DNA of 64,000 bases, taken from the NCBI GenBank assembly GCA_918797485.1, contig CAKKNE010000003.1:2542001-2606000 (forward strand), written 5' to 3'. Source of the stretch: Pelagomonas calceolata (Eukaryota). The stretch's first letter is position 1; every line of letters begins with the position of its first letter. A program made the position numbers and the translations under genes. Of this stretch, positions 12,401 through 22,737 are shown piece by piece. Under the pieces are notes generated by a model. That model was not told the DNA's origin. It saw nothing but the letters and a program-made list of their open reading frames with translations, and did not search any database.

Positions 12401-15400
12401 CCGTCGCGGCGACCACGTCATGCGCGGAGCATCGTGCTCGCTCGACTCGGTCCGAATGGCCTCATCGTGAGATGGCCACGAGTCCATCCAAGGAAGTGAA
12501 GGCGCCTCCACACGTCAAAACACCGATGCCGTACCTTGGCCATCATCTCTTCCAGGACCGACTCTTGCGTCGCGTTCGTCGCGATGACCTGTGTGGAACG
12601 GACACTGTCGCTCACGAGACGCGTAGACGCTCATGCGGCATCGCGCCGACCCCGGCAAGTTCAAGATCACTGAAAACGCTGAGTCACGGACGGTGATGGC
12701 GTCGGCGTGGTCCGTCACGCCCCGGTTGACGAGGTCCCCTAATGTGAAGTGCTTGTCGCCCTTGACCTCGAAGCCGAGCAGCGCGTGGATCTCGTCCCAG
12801 TGGCGCTCCTGCAGGTTGTTGTTTCTCAAATTAACTACGCAGGGCAAGAGCGGTGTGAACGTGTCGACACTATCCTTCAGTCGCGGCACGACGGGGTTGC
12901 CGGGCATGCCCTTTTGCGCCTGGAAGACGGTCTTCGTGTACAAATTGACCTGCTTTTCCATTTCTGCCGCATCTACCTCCAATAGTGCTTGGATCACCCA
13001 CCCCGCCGTGAGCTGCGACCACTCCTTGACGCCCCGCCAGAGCTTCAACTTCAACGTCAAGTCGAGCTGCACCTCGTCGAGCGTGTCATATTCGTCGACG
13101 TCCAGGCCTAATGCTACTTGATATTCCGACAGCGTCTCCGACCGCTTTCTTAAGTCATCGAGGCTATCTTGATTGCTCTCTAAGAAACTCAACACCGTCG
13201 ACGGCTTCTCGTGGACCGAGGCGATGATGGGATCATCGAGCTTCTCGCGCACGAGGCCGATCTTCTTCTTCAGGGACGGCACCTCCTTCTCGATCTCGTT
13301 CGAGAAGCGCTTCTTGCCGTCCTCCTCGCCGGCCTCGGCGATCTGCGCTCCACTTTCCAACTGCGAGACGTTCTCGTCGCACATGACCATGTTTGCTGAC
13401 TGCTGCTCGGGCAGGGGCCAGTGCTCGCGCTTCATGAGCGACGCCATCTGCTTCAAATGCTCTTGTCTTTGTTGATACCCTTCGACGCTCTGCTGGCTCT
13501 CGCGCACGACCTTCATTTTGTGGACGAATTCCGCCACGTCCTGCGGGCTTCCCGTCACGGTCGGTAGTTGCGTATTGATGTCTCGCAGCAGTTTCTTGAA
13601 TCCTAGGTCCATCAATTCCGGCAGTAAGGCTTGCAAGGCATCCACACAGCGTGTAGGTGATGGTAAGAGCTCTGTTTTCAGGTCCAGCGAGTCGACGCGT
13701 AATATCGACACGTCGGCGCTCCTCGGAATGGTCCGGAAGTCGTCTCTCTGATCTCTGAATTTATTAATAGCGTCGGAATAGGCTTGCAGGTCGACGGGGT
13801 CCCCAAAGGCCGTCTTATGTCCAGCGAGGAAGGCGTCGTTTTCCACCGAGACCGACCCTTTACCCGCATAAGGTTGGAACACTTCACAGTAGTTAGCTGT
13901 TTCGTCAAAAGTTCTCGCCAGAGCGTCGGCGATGTCCTGGCTGCAGGACCGCCACGACGGTTCCCTCCCTACTAAATCTTGGACCGTGATCTCTTCCCGC
14001 TGTTCGCCTGCGCGGAGCGTATCGCGGTCTCGGTCTCCGTTCACCCACGCGACGCGTCGACTCTCGTGCGGCATCGCGGCGACGCCGTCGCGGCGACCGC
14101 GTCGGTGCGAGCAACCTCACGCCATCGCGGCGACCGCGCTCTCGGACACGCCGCGACGCGGTCCGAATGGCCTCAAACTCGACAAAGAAACCACTCTCAT
14201 GGAAGTGAGATGGACACAAGACACTGATGAAGCACCGTGCGGCTCGTCGCCGTCCGTCATCACATATAAAGCTAGATCGGGGTGGGCAAAAATCCTATCG
14301 GGAATGCCTACCACTCGCAGACAAGACTGCAACACGTCATTGAAGCACAACTGCATCTGATCTTTGGATGGGGAGAGCTGGAGCTCGCTCTCCACAAAAG
14401 AGACCTCGACTCGAAACAGCGGCGTCGCCGACACCTCCTCAGCTTCATTCAAAAACGCGAGCGGGTCCGCCTTAACCACGGTGTCAGGATCATCCCTGTA
14501 TACAACATGCTTCGGCAATTTGTGAGGAGGAGGATCGACTAATCGCAGCGCGTTTGCCGCCGCCTCCAACGCTAATTCTCTGAGAGCGGCGACGACGTGG
14601 CAATCGACCAACCGCAGGAACCGTGTCAACTTGCGACATTCCGACCGCAACGCGGCCCGCTCCATGAAGGTCATGCGGTGGTCCGCGACGATTCCCGCCT
14701 GCTTGAGGAATTGATCCACGACGTCGTCACAAGCACTTCTAGCGACCTGCTGCACGTCGGCGCTGAACCTCACGAGTCCTTCGGCCATCTCCGCTTGTCG
14801 TGCTTCTTGCTCTTTGACAAAGTCCTGGAGCTCGTACGTCACACTAGGATCGGCCGACAGCAAGCCGTACGTTAACGTGTCTTGGCATAAACCTTGGACC
14901 TTGAGGAGAGCGTCCCTCAACGCGGGAGCGAAGAGGAACAACTGCTGTTTGATGACCTTCGAGGCGGCGCGGATCTTGCCTCGCTTGACGACCTGCGCGG
15001 AGCATTTCCGTCAAGAGACCACCCACGCCCTCGTGCGATGGCCACGAGTCGAAGGCACCGCACGGGACGCCGAGGTCGCACCTTCTTCCAGACCTGGAAC
15101 GTCTTCCAGCTCCGATACTTAAAGAAGAAGGGAATCCGGGCCATGGCGTGGTAGTCCTTGTACTCCTTCTCAAAAACACTTAGTGAAGTGAACTCCGAGT
15201 CCGTTTTTTCGAATTGCGTGACACCTGCGCGGAGCATTTCTCTCGCATCGCGTCCGAATTCACTCAAATTCGAACGAGAAACCACCCAGCGCCTTCTCTC
15301 CTGGAGACGAGTCACATCAACAAAGTGAAGGCACCGCAACACCTCAAAACGCGGAGATACACACCATTGCACGAGACGGTGAAGTAGTCGCTTTCATCCA

Positions 15401-15920
15401 CTTCGGCCCATTCGCACACGCGTAAGTCGTAGGCCGACGACTGTCTGCTTCGACGTGTCAGGTAGAGGAAGGACCCGGCGTCGTCGATGAACGACGCCAT
15501 CTGCTGATCTGATAGTTCTAGGGAGTCTAAAAACGACACTACTTGCTTCACTGGTTCACTGTAAGGTACGACCGCCGCTTCTTCCACGGACATGATGGAT
15601 CGAGTCGGGGAGATGACCTGGCGGACCTTGTGGGGCTTCGATAACACATGTCTAGAGGTCAGCGCTAAGGCGGCTCTTTCGGTAGACAGGACGCCCTTGG
15701 CATTCGTGGCTTGCGTGCGCTTCATGAGGCCCGGCGCCGTCCTTGAGAACTGTTCCTGGGTCTTCCTTCTCTTAGAGGTCATGCGGCCCGTCCGGCTCAG
15801 CATCTTGAGCGGCTTGAGCGCGTTTTTATCAAACCCTGGTGGGAGCGCGCGGAGCCTCTTCCGCAGTTCTTCTTGGCTGAGGTCCAGGGCCGGCGGCGGC
15901 GCGTCGGCCTCGTCGTACAT
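441..15920 (-). CDS. Axonemal dynein heavy chain, inner-arm DNAH6-like, 24 exons, about 4049 aa
   Basis: AAA1 [32 protein letters not shown]2 [11 protein letters not shown]3 [11 protein letters not shown]4 [10 protein letters not shown]-terminal [23 protein letters not shown]. Introns inferred by restoring frame: 15225-15364, 14993-15081, 14008-14235, 12589-12691, 12308-12534, 10716-10767, 10168-10257(GC), 9937-10067(GC), 9639-9783, 8761-8948, 8496-8611(GC), 8028-8165, 7579-7741, 6506-6572, 5950-6164(GC), 5391-5668, 5067-5201(GC), 4642-4796, 3794-3910, 3348-3474(GC), 2307-2451, 1929-2015, 1237-1430. Introns total 3330 nt, leaving 12150 nt (a multiple of 3). Start codon 15920 is the least certain part. 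Confidence 0.95.
1237..1422. mobile_element. Introner element (non-autonomous TIR DNA transposon forming the last dynein intron)
   Basis: Perfect 15-bp TIR ctgtgtggaaatcaa (1237-1251) / ttgatttccacacag (1408-1422); perfect 8-bp TSD catccaac (1229-1236, 1423-1430). Confidence 0.93.
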
Positions 15921-16397
15921 GGTGCTTGCCTCTGGGGGCAGCCCCGTGCAGCCCCGCGACGCGTGCTTCGGTCGCTGCTGCCCGCTTTGGTTTACTTCGC
16001 TGCTTGCTCGGCGACGCCTCCCGCTGGCGGTCGGCCGGAGCAGCTCGTCCTGCGCCCTGGCAATTAGGCAGCGCCTCGGCCGGACGCTAAACTAGCAGGC
16101 CGGCCGCTAGGACTGTAGATTCTAGTGCGGTTTCTTTTCGGGGCCTATCGCACTCGGGAGGGCGTCGGCGAGGCCTCTCAGGCCTGGCGAGCCCTGCCGG
16201 TGGAGGAGTCCCGGCAGCCTCGAGCCTCGAGTCGAGCGCCGCGCTTCGCTTCGAACGCCGCGAGAGGCTGCCCTACGACGGCGCAATACACTCTTCGAGC
16301 CGCCACGCGGTCGCAGCGGTCCTCGGCGCCACCGCTGCGGCCGAATAAGGCTGCCCCATATCAGACAAGGGCTGCCCCCACGCCGTCGACGCGAAGC

Positions 16398-17438
16398 ATG
16401 GCCTCCTTCGACACCCTGAACTACGCGAAGTGGGATTCGTTAGATTGCTCCTCCGACGACGAGCCCCAGAAGGTCAGGATCGACCCGCGCTCTCATGGTG
16501 CCGCCACGATCCGGGCCGACGGCACCAAGGCCTACAGCGTGCAGATGTCGAACGGGGACGGCCCCTGCGTCGTCGAAGAGGATGCTGTACAAAATGAGGG
16601 CTTCGATTCGGATAGGCCCTTCGAGACCCAACTGGCGTGGCAGAACACAACAGAGAAAACATGGATACAAATAGCTCTACCCAGTAAAGCCGAGGCCTCC
16701 GCGTCCTTTCATGAGGAAGACGTAGAATTGCGGATCAAAGGCATGGACCCCGTTCGTTTACCACATCCACCAGTAATAGAGAAGGACTGCACTTACGCTA
16801 TGGGTGCCAGACCCTTCCACGGATCTCCACATCCCAAAAAGTGCCTCGCGCTGGAGTTATGTAAGAAGCAACAGAAATTGTGGCCCCAGAACGTTTTTGG
16901 GGGCGGCACGTCCGATTTACTAAGAGCGGGCGAGGAAATCGAATGCGCCTGGCGCCAAGGGACTCAGATGCTCGCCACGACGCCTCAGGAAGATGACTGG
17001 ACGGGCGCGTACACGTGGCGCCAGGACAATGAAAGAGTGTCGATCTGGTTCGACGTGCCAGACGATATTTCTGCGAAAGACGTCGACGTGAACTGCCTGC
17101 CGCGTTTTCTGACGATTTCCGTCCGGCAACGGAAGTACCAGCGGCGGCTGACTGGTGTATGTGTACCGTCCGAGCTGGTCTGGGAGTTCGACGATGATAT
17201 CAAGGATAGAAGACGGTTGCGCGTCGAGGTCGCCATGCGCGACCTGCGGAGCTGGGAGGACGGGCCTTTTTTGCCGGAGATGTCCCGGAAGGAGGCCCAG
17301 GCGGCGGCGACGAGTCGGAGCGCCGCGCCGGCGGCCGCGAAGATTAGTAGAAGCGCCGCGCCGGCGGCCGCGCCAGCAACGGCCGCGCCCGCAACTTCCG
17401 CGTCGGCGACTGTTAGTACTACTACGACCGCCCAGTAA
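16398..17438 (+). CDS. CS (p23/NudC-like) domain co-chaperone with an N-terminal YxKWD..SDDE motif
   Basis: ATG 16398 MASFDTLNYAKWDSLDCSSDDE; two CS-like starts (AWQNTTEKTWIQI, YTWRQDNERVSIWFDVP..KDVDV). Confidence 0.65.
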   Translation: MASFDTLNYAKWDSLDCSSDDEPQKVRIDPRSHGAATIRADGTKAYSVQMSNGDGPCVVEEDAVQNEGFDSDRPFETQLAWQNTTEKTWIQIALPSKAEASASFHEEDVELRIKGMDPVRLPHPPVIEKDCTYAMGARPFHGSPHPKKCLALELCKKQQKLWPQNVFGGGTSDLLRAGEEIECAWRQGTQMLATTPQEDDWTGAYTWRQDNERVSIWFDVPDDISAKDVDVNCLPRFLTISVRQRKYQRRLTGVCVPSELVWEFDDDIKDRRRLRVEVAMRDLRSWEDGPFLPEMSRKEAQAAATSRSAAPAAAKISRSAAPAAAPATAAPATSASATVSTTTTAQ

Positions 17439-17490
17439 TTTGTTAGTTTTTACACACTACTAGTATGGTGCGCGGCGCCCAGGCCGCGCA

Positions 17491-18040
17491 CTACAGCTCC
17501 GCGGACTTGCCCTTGATCGAGAGCACCTCGATCTCGAAGAAGAGGCCGCCGTTCGGGGGAATCCCCCAGGCCGGGAAGCCGCCCTTGCCGTAGCCCTCTT
17601 CGGCCGGGATGTCGAGCTTGCGGACCTCGCCGACGGCGGCGCCGAGGAGGCCCTGGTCCCAGCCCGTAATTACCTGAGTGGAAATCAACCCGTGAGTTAG
17701 GAGGCTCGACGCGGCCACGGGGACGACGTCGCGTCGAAGGCGTGGGGCGCTCGACCTTTGACTTCCACACAGGTGATGCAGAGCCAACCCCAGCATTGTA
17801 GGTGAAGGGCTGCTGGCCCGGGTCCTTCGTGCTCCAGAACTTCTTGTCGGTCTCTTTTACGACGCCCGTCGCGTGGACCGTGATCGTGTCGCCCTTGGCA
17901 ATCGTCGGTGAGCCCTCGGGCGCCGGCGTGACGGTCATCCGCTGCGTCTTGAGGCCGGCGATGGTCTCCCAGGCGCGCGCGCTCGTGCAGAGGTGGGCTG
18001 CTAGGACAGTGCGAGCTAAACGCCGAGCCATCATTGCCAT
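17491..18040 (-). CDS. FKBP-type peptidyl-prolyl cis-trans isomerase, 2 exons
   Basis: KGDTITVHATG..FWST..PFTYNAGVGS|VITGWDQGLLG..GEVRKLDIPAEEGYG..GIPPNGGLFFEIEVL; GC-AG intron 17674-17779. Confidence 0.9.
17674..17772. mobile_element. Short, degenerate TIR introner in the FKBP gene
   Basis: Ends ctgagtggaaatcaa / ttgacttccacacag match the TIR of the 1237-1422 element; TSD is eroded. Confidence 0.75.
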
Positions 18041-18459
18041 TAACGCGGTTGCTTGCTACGAACCGCTGCGGGGTGTATCGAAGCGCTCCTAACCTTGCTG
18101 CGTAGAGTCCAAAGGCTGGTATATGCAGCAATAGTGAATTTTGTCCGACCGGCAGCTAGCTGGAGTGTTACGACGCTAGCCTGAAAAATCTGGCTTCGGC
18201 TCTCTCGAAGTTTCAAACGCCGAAAGGCAAGCCACAAACTCAGGCAAGCCACAAATCGCTTACCCAGCCTCGCGACCTCGCCTGGGGAACTCCATCCGGC
18301 GTGCCAGGCCGCCTGAGCACTACAGCACTGCTCAGCACTTGCGTGGATTTGGCTCCGGAGGCCGCAGACCGCACAAAAAAAACGCCGGCGCGACACGCCG
18401 GCAGCCACATGCGCTTTTTACCACCGACGCCGCCGCCGCGCCACCAACCTATCGAAGAC

Positions 18460-20374
18460 ATGGCCTCCGTCATCGCGTCGCTGGACTGCAAGACGCCCCC
18501 ATTAACACCGTCGACGCCCGGCGCTTTTGCTGGAGACCCCTGCTTCTTCTCGCGAGGGGCGCACACGTTCCGCGTTCCAGCAAATCTCCACGAGGACAAC
18601 CGAAAGCGAGCAATCACCCTACTGAAAGACCACCCTCCTGGGATCATTGTCTTGGTGGGCGGCGTCGCGCGCACGCGGAACGACAGTGACCACGAGGAGT
18701 TGTTCCGGCAGGAAAGTTACTTCCAGCATTTGTTTGGGGTCAAGGAACCGGGCTGGGTCGGGTGCTTGGAAATGCCGTCCGGTACGTGTACGCTTTTCGC
18801 GCCCGAGTTACCGAAGTCGTATGCCGTCTGGCATGTATGCGGCGTCTTTGTGACACTCGAACTTGACGCGGTCGCGGCGATGGCGTGCACGCGATGTGTT
18901 GTCGCCTCGACGCCGTCGTCGCGGCCGTCAGAGAGTCTACGCGTCGCGTGCGAGAGCTGCGACGGCGCCGGTCGCGTCGATGGCGTCTTCGCGAGACCAC
19001 GTATCACACAGGATGGGCAAGATCGCGACACGAAGCGAGCTCTCAAATAGATACGGCGTGAAAGTGAAGTGGTTGTCGGAGTTACAAGAACATTGTAGTA
19101 AAGCAAAGTGCTACGTACCCAGAGGCCGGAACTCTGATAGCGGAAAGAGGATAGATGAAGCATTGCCGCTACCCGTGGAGCTACCGACGCTAGTCCATTC
19201 TACCACAATCCCGAACCACTGCTTCGTCGCGCTAGCCGAAAGTCGAGTCATCAAGTCAATAGATGAAAGGAAATTGTTGAGGTACGCGTCCTGGGTGTCG
19301 AGCAATGCACATGCTGAAGTGATGCGCGAAGCCAAAGCTGGGATGATGGAGTACCAGCTCGAAGCTAGATTTTTGTACCACTGCGCGAGTCAGGGGGGGT
19401 GTCGGAGTTGCGCCTATACCTCTATTTGTGCGTGCGGTCCCAATTCAGCAGTATTACACTACGGCCACGCTGGCGCGCCGAATGATCGTCGATTGGAGAC
19501 CGGTGACTTAGCACTGTTAGATATGGGCGCCGAGTACCACTGCTACTGTTCGGATTTGACGTGTACGATGCCCGTGGGGGGTAAATTTGGACCGGCTCAA
19601 AGAATTGTGTATGAAGGTGTACTTAGTGCACAGAGGGCGGTGTTTGCGATGTTGAAACCGGGCGTGTCGTGGACGGACTGCCATCTCGCCGCGGAAAATG
19701 AAGTGTTGAAGGCACTAGAGTTACTAGGCGTCCTAAAAAAGGGCTGCGTCACGGAGGCGCAACGGGCCTGCGTCGGCGGCGTGTTCCTGCCTTGTGGTCT
19801 CGGGCATTTCATTGGCCTGGACACGCATGATGTGGGCGGCTACTTGCCGGGCCAGCCGGCACGCTCGACGAGACCGGGCCTCGCGAAGTTGCGGACGGCG
19901 CGCACGCTGAAGCAAGGCATGTGTTTGACGGTCGAGCCGGGCTGCTACTTCATCGACGCTTTGTTAGATGACGCCTTGAAAGATCCGTCGCTCTCAAAGT
20001 TCCTCAACGCCGATAGGTTAAGGGGTTTCCGGGGCTTCGGGGGCGTGCGGCTCGAAGATGTGGTCTGCATCACATCAAACGGCTTCGAGAACTTCACGAC
20101 CTGTCCAAGGACTATAAATGAGGTCCAGGCCGTCATGGCGGGTGGGACCTGGCCGCCGCCGGTCGACGAGGCTCCTGATTTAGGAAGAAGGTGGGCCCGG
20201 TTTGTGAATGGCGCCTTGGAGGACGTGAGCGTGCCTGGGATAGTGCTGCCGAAGGGTGCTAGACGTGGCTCCTTCTCGCCGGGCGGGTCGCCGGGTACGC
20301 GCCGGGGCAGTGGTTCATTGATAGGGCGCGTCAGAGCTAGTAGCGGGTCCTTCTCGGGGCGGGAGGACTACTAA
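18460..20374 (+). CDS. PEPD: Xaa-Pro dipeptidase (prolidase, M24B), 2 exons
   Basis: FRQESYFQHLFGVKEP, LLDMGAEYHCYCSDLT, GLGHFIGLDTHDVGG, TVEPGCYF, GGVRLEDVV; GC-AG intron 18831-19011 restores AVW|MGKI. Alternative ATG at 18409. Confidence 0.92.
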
Positions 20375-20383
20375 TCATCAACA

Positions 20384-22563
20384 TTAAATACAAATCGCGC
20401 CGTCGTCGTCGCCCCCGAGCGGTGTGCACGCCTTCGTATTGGTCTGGAGGAGCGCCTGGTACCGCGGATCGAGTCGGCGGGCCTTGTCGCAGGCTTCGCG
20501 CACGCTATCCGGGGAACACACGTCGGGCGCGACCGTGCAAAGCTTGTTCGCGAAGCTCCGCACGATCACCGCGTTGAATAACTGGCCCGTGCCGTAGACC
20601 TTGAGCTGCGGGGAATCGGCGATGAGTCGCGGCGATGGCGTATGCGTGCACGCCATCGCCGCGAGACAAGATGAAGGCTCTTCGCAGGACGCCGGAAGCC
20701 AACCCACGAGTCGCGCCGACACCACCGCTCCAGGTAACGTTCGAGCTCCGGGGTCATCTTCCCATCGGCAGCGAGGCCCGAGTCGAGCAGGGCTTTGACC
20801 GTGTAGACGGCGCCTCCGAGGTTTATGTCCGAGGGGTCCGGATCCTGCCCGCCTAAGAACCCCCCTTGTCCCTCCGCCGCGGCCAGGAGCTTCGACACAT
20901 CGCGGAGCGCCACCTTGAGTCGGTCTCGGCACAGACCACGAGCCTCGTCCATTGCCTCGTCCTTATCGTCGCGCGCGAGCAGCGCCGTCGCCGTTTCGAC
21001 CCCCAGCGTTTTTTTTAGCATAAACGCGGCGACCTTGGAACCTTTTGGATGCGTCGAGCCGGCGATGCGAGGCGCCAGCCCGCCGAAGATGAGCGTCTCC
21101 CCGAAGGCGGCGACCTCCGCCTCGCTCACGGACGCCCTTGCTTCATTTGCTAGGCGCACGCCCTCGTGCTCCGCGACGGCGCGGTCGCGGCACCTGTGTG
21201 CAAAGAATCCAGTGAGTCCCACGCCACCAAGCCGACGCGTCGATGGCGTGTAGCGCGTTGCAATTGATTTCTACGCAGCGCGCGACTCCTTCGACCCACC
21301 GACCCAGCCATCTGACACCGATTTGCCGCCCGGAGTCCCCCACATCGCGGGCGCGTCTCCGGGCTTAAATGCCGCCGAATACCAGCCCTGGACCGCCGTT
21401 AGATCGATCTTCACCATCGTGAAGTCCACACCGCCCTCAGCTAATAGCAGACACAGGCGCGTCGAGTAGGGACAATACGGTTCCAGGGCCGACCTAGGGG
21501 CGCCGCCGTCGAGTGCTCCACCCGTGCCGTACGACGCCCGCGCAGATCCACAAGAAATGTAGGGCCGGCCTGGCCGCGGCTCGGGCGGCTCGGGATCAGC
21601 GTCCCGTACGGGCGAGCCCAGCGGTCTCGTCGCGTTAAAATTATCCCAGTCGATCGTCGTGCGGCCGCCTTCGCTCCGAATCATGTCCGCGAAGGCACCC
21701 TCCAGCAGGCTTCCCTTGCCATAGGTGTGCGTCGCACTGAGGTCGCCTCCATACACGTTATCGAACGCTTGCACAACAGCATGAATCAGCAGGGCTTCGC
21801 CGGCGCCCTTGAGCGACCCTTGGAGCGCGCCGCTTGCGTGAAGCTCGCGGAGGGGCGAATCCGCACTGATGCTATGCGCAACGGTGTGAATCCCCGACAT
21901 CGTCGCCGGCTGGTCCACACTGAGATCATCCCGGCGAAAGTAGCTCTCGCCCTCTTGCGTGACATGGCGCCTCAATAGCGTTAAGCGAATGCGCGGGGAA
22001 TACAAAGTGTGGCACCGCAGGTTCCCCACGCGCATGAGTAAGTGCGGGACGCCGTCCCGGGATAGGATAACGCAGCCTTGACTCCACACCAGATCCGATT
22101 GCGGCGCTTGGAACTTGGCGACGACGACACTAAACACAAAGACGTTCACCAGAAGACCGAGCGCGATCTGTAGCCAGGAGAGGACGTGGCTCCATCTGTC
22201 GACGGGGACGACGCTGCCCCAGCTCATCGTGAGCACATGGGCGGCGGCAAATCGGAGACACTTTTCCCAGCGCGGGGCCACGACATCAAGGTCCTCTTCC
22301 AGGTCTCGCTGCGTGTTCGCGAGGCGCGCCGTGGTCGCGAGCAGAGCGCAGACTACGATGCTGATGACGTATAGGCCGAGCGCGAGCGTGACGGCGTAGT
22401 ACCACGAACGCTCCAGAACCAAAAAGTAGATGTACGAGCCGGAGAGCTTCTGCGAGACGCGGCTGCCTGTGGCCACCGGTCGCACTGGTCGCTTGAAGGC
22501 TGTTATGGCTGCAGTCTTGGACCGTGCTCGTTGCCAGCTGTCTGAAGGAGTAACGCGGCTCAT
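20384..22563 (-). CDS. Inward-rectifier (Kir/KirBac-like) channel fused to a GST/DHAR/CLIC-like domain, 3 exons, about 662 aa
   Basis: Two hydrophobic helices around LTMSWGSVVP, then AKFQAP..VWS..VI..RDGVPHLLMRVGNLR..TQEGE (Kir cytoplasmic domain); YCPYSTRLCLLLAEGGVDF (GST-N) and FLGGQDPDPSDINL..LERYLERW (GST-C). Introns 21194-21286 and 20606-20703. Confidence 0.8.
21194..21278. mobile_element. Degenerate TIR introner in the Kir-GST gene
   Basis: Ends ctgtgtgcaaa / ttgatttctacgcag; flanks cgcggcac (21186-21193) and cgcgcgac (21279-21286) match at 6 of 8 positions. Confidence 0.7.
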
Positions 22564-22737
22564 GATTAGGCTGCCCCGGTGGTGTACAGCGTGCAGCGCA
22601 GCGCCGATTCAAGCTTCGCGCGGGTTTACGCCATCGACGCGACGACGTCTGCGCGGTGGCGAGAGATAGATAGGGACGGACTCGTTAGAACGAGGGAACG
22701 ATAGAACGGGGGGAGTGCCGACGGACGCGCGGCAGCT

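Noticed and set aside
1929..15364. Recurrent short repeats as a CRISPR array or self-splicing group I/II introns
   Set aside because: Spacing is irregular and separated by exons, there are no cas genes, and the introns are too short and have spliceosomal ends.
441..15920. Dynein as a fragmented pseudogene or programmed-frameshift gene
   Set aside because: Each break is bounded by GY..AG, and removal restores conserved motifs in one frame.
16125..16397. Long N-terminal extensions in the ORF track (also 29542-29865, 50063-50317, 53724-54092)
   Set aside because: They mostly start at GTG/TTG or run through promoter-like sequence; downstream ATGs fit the protein families better.
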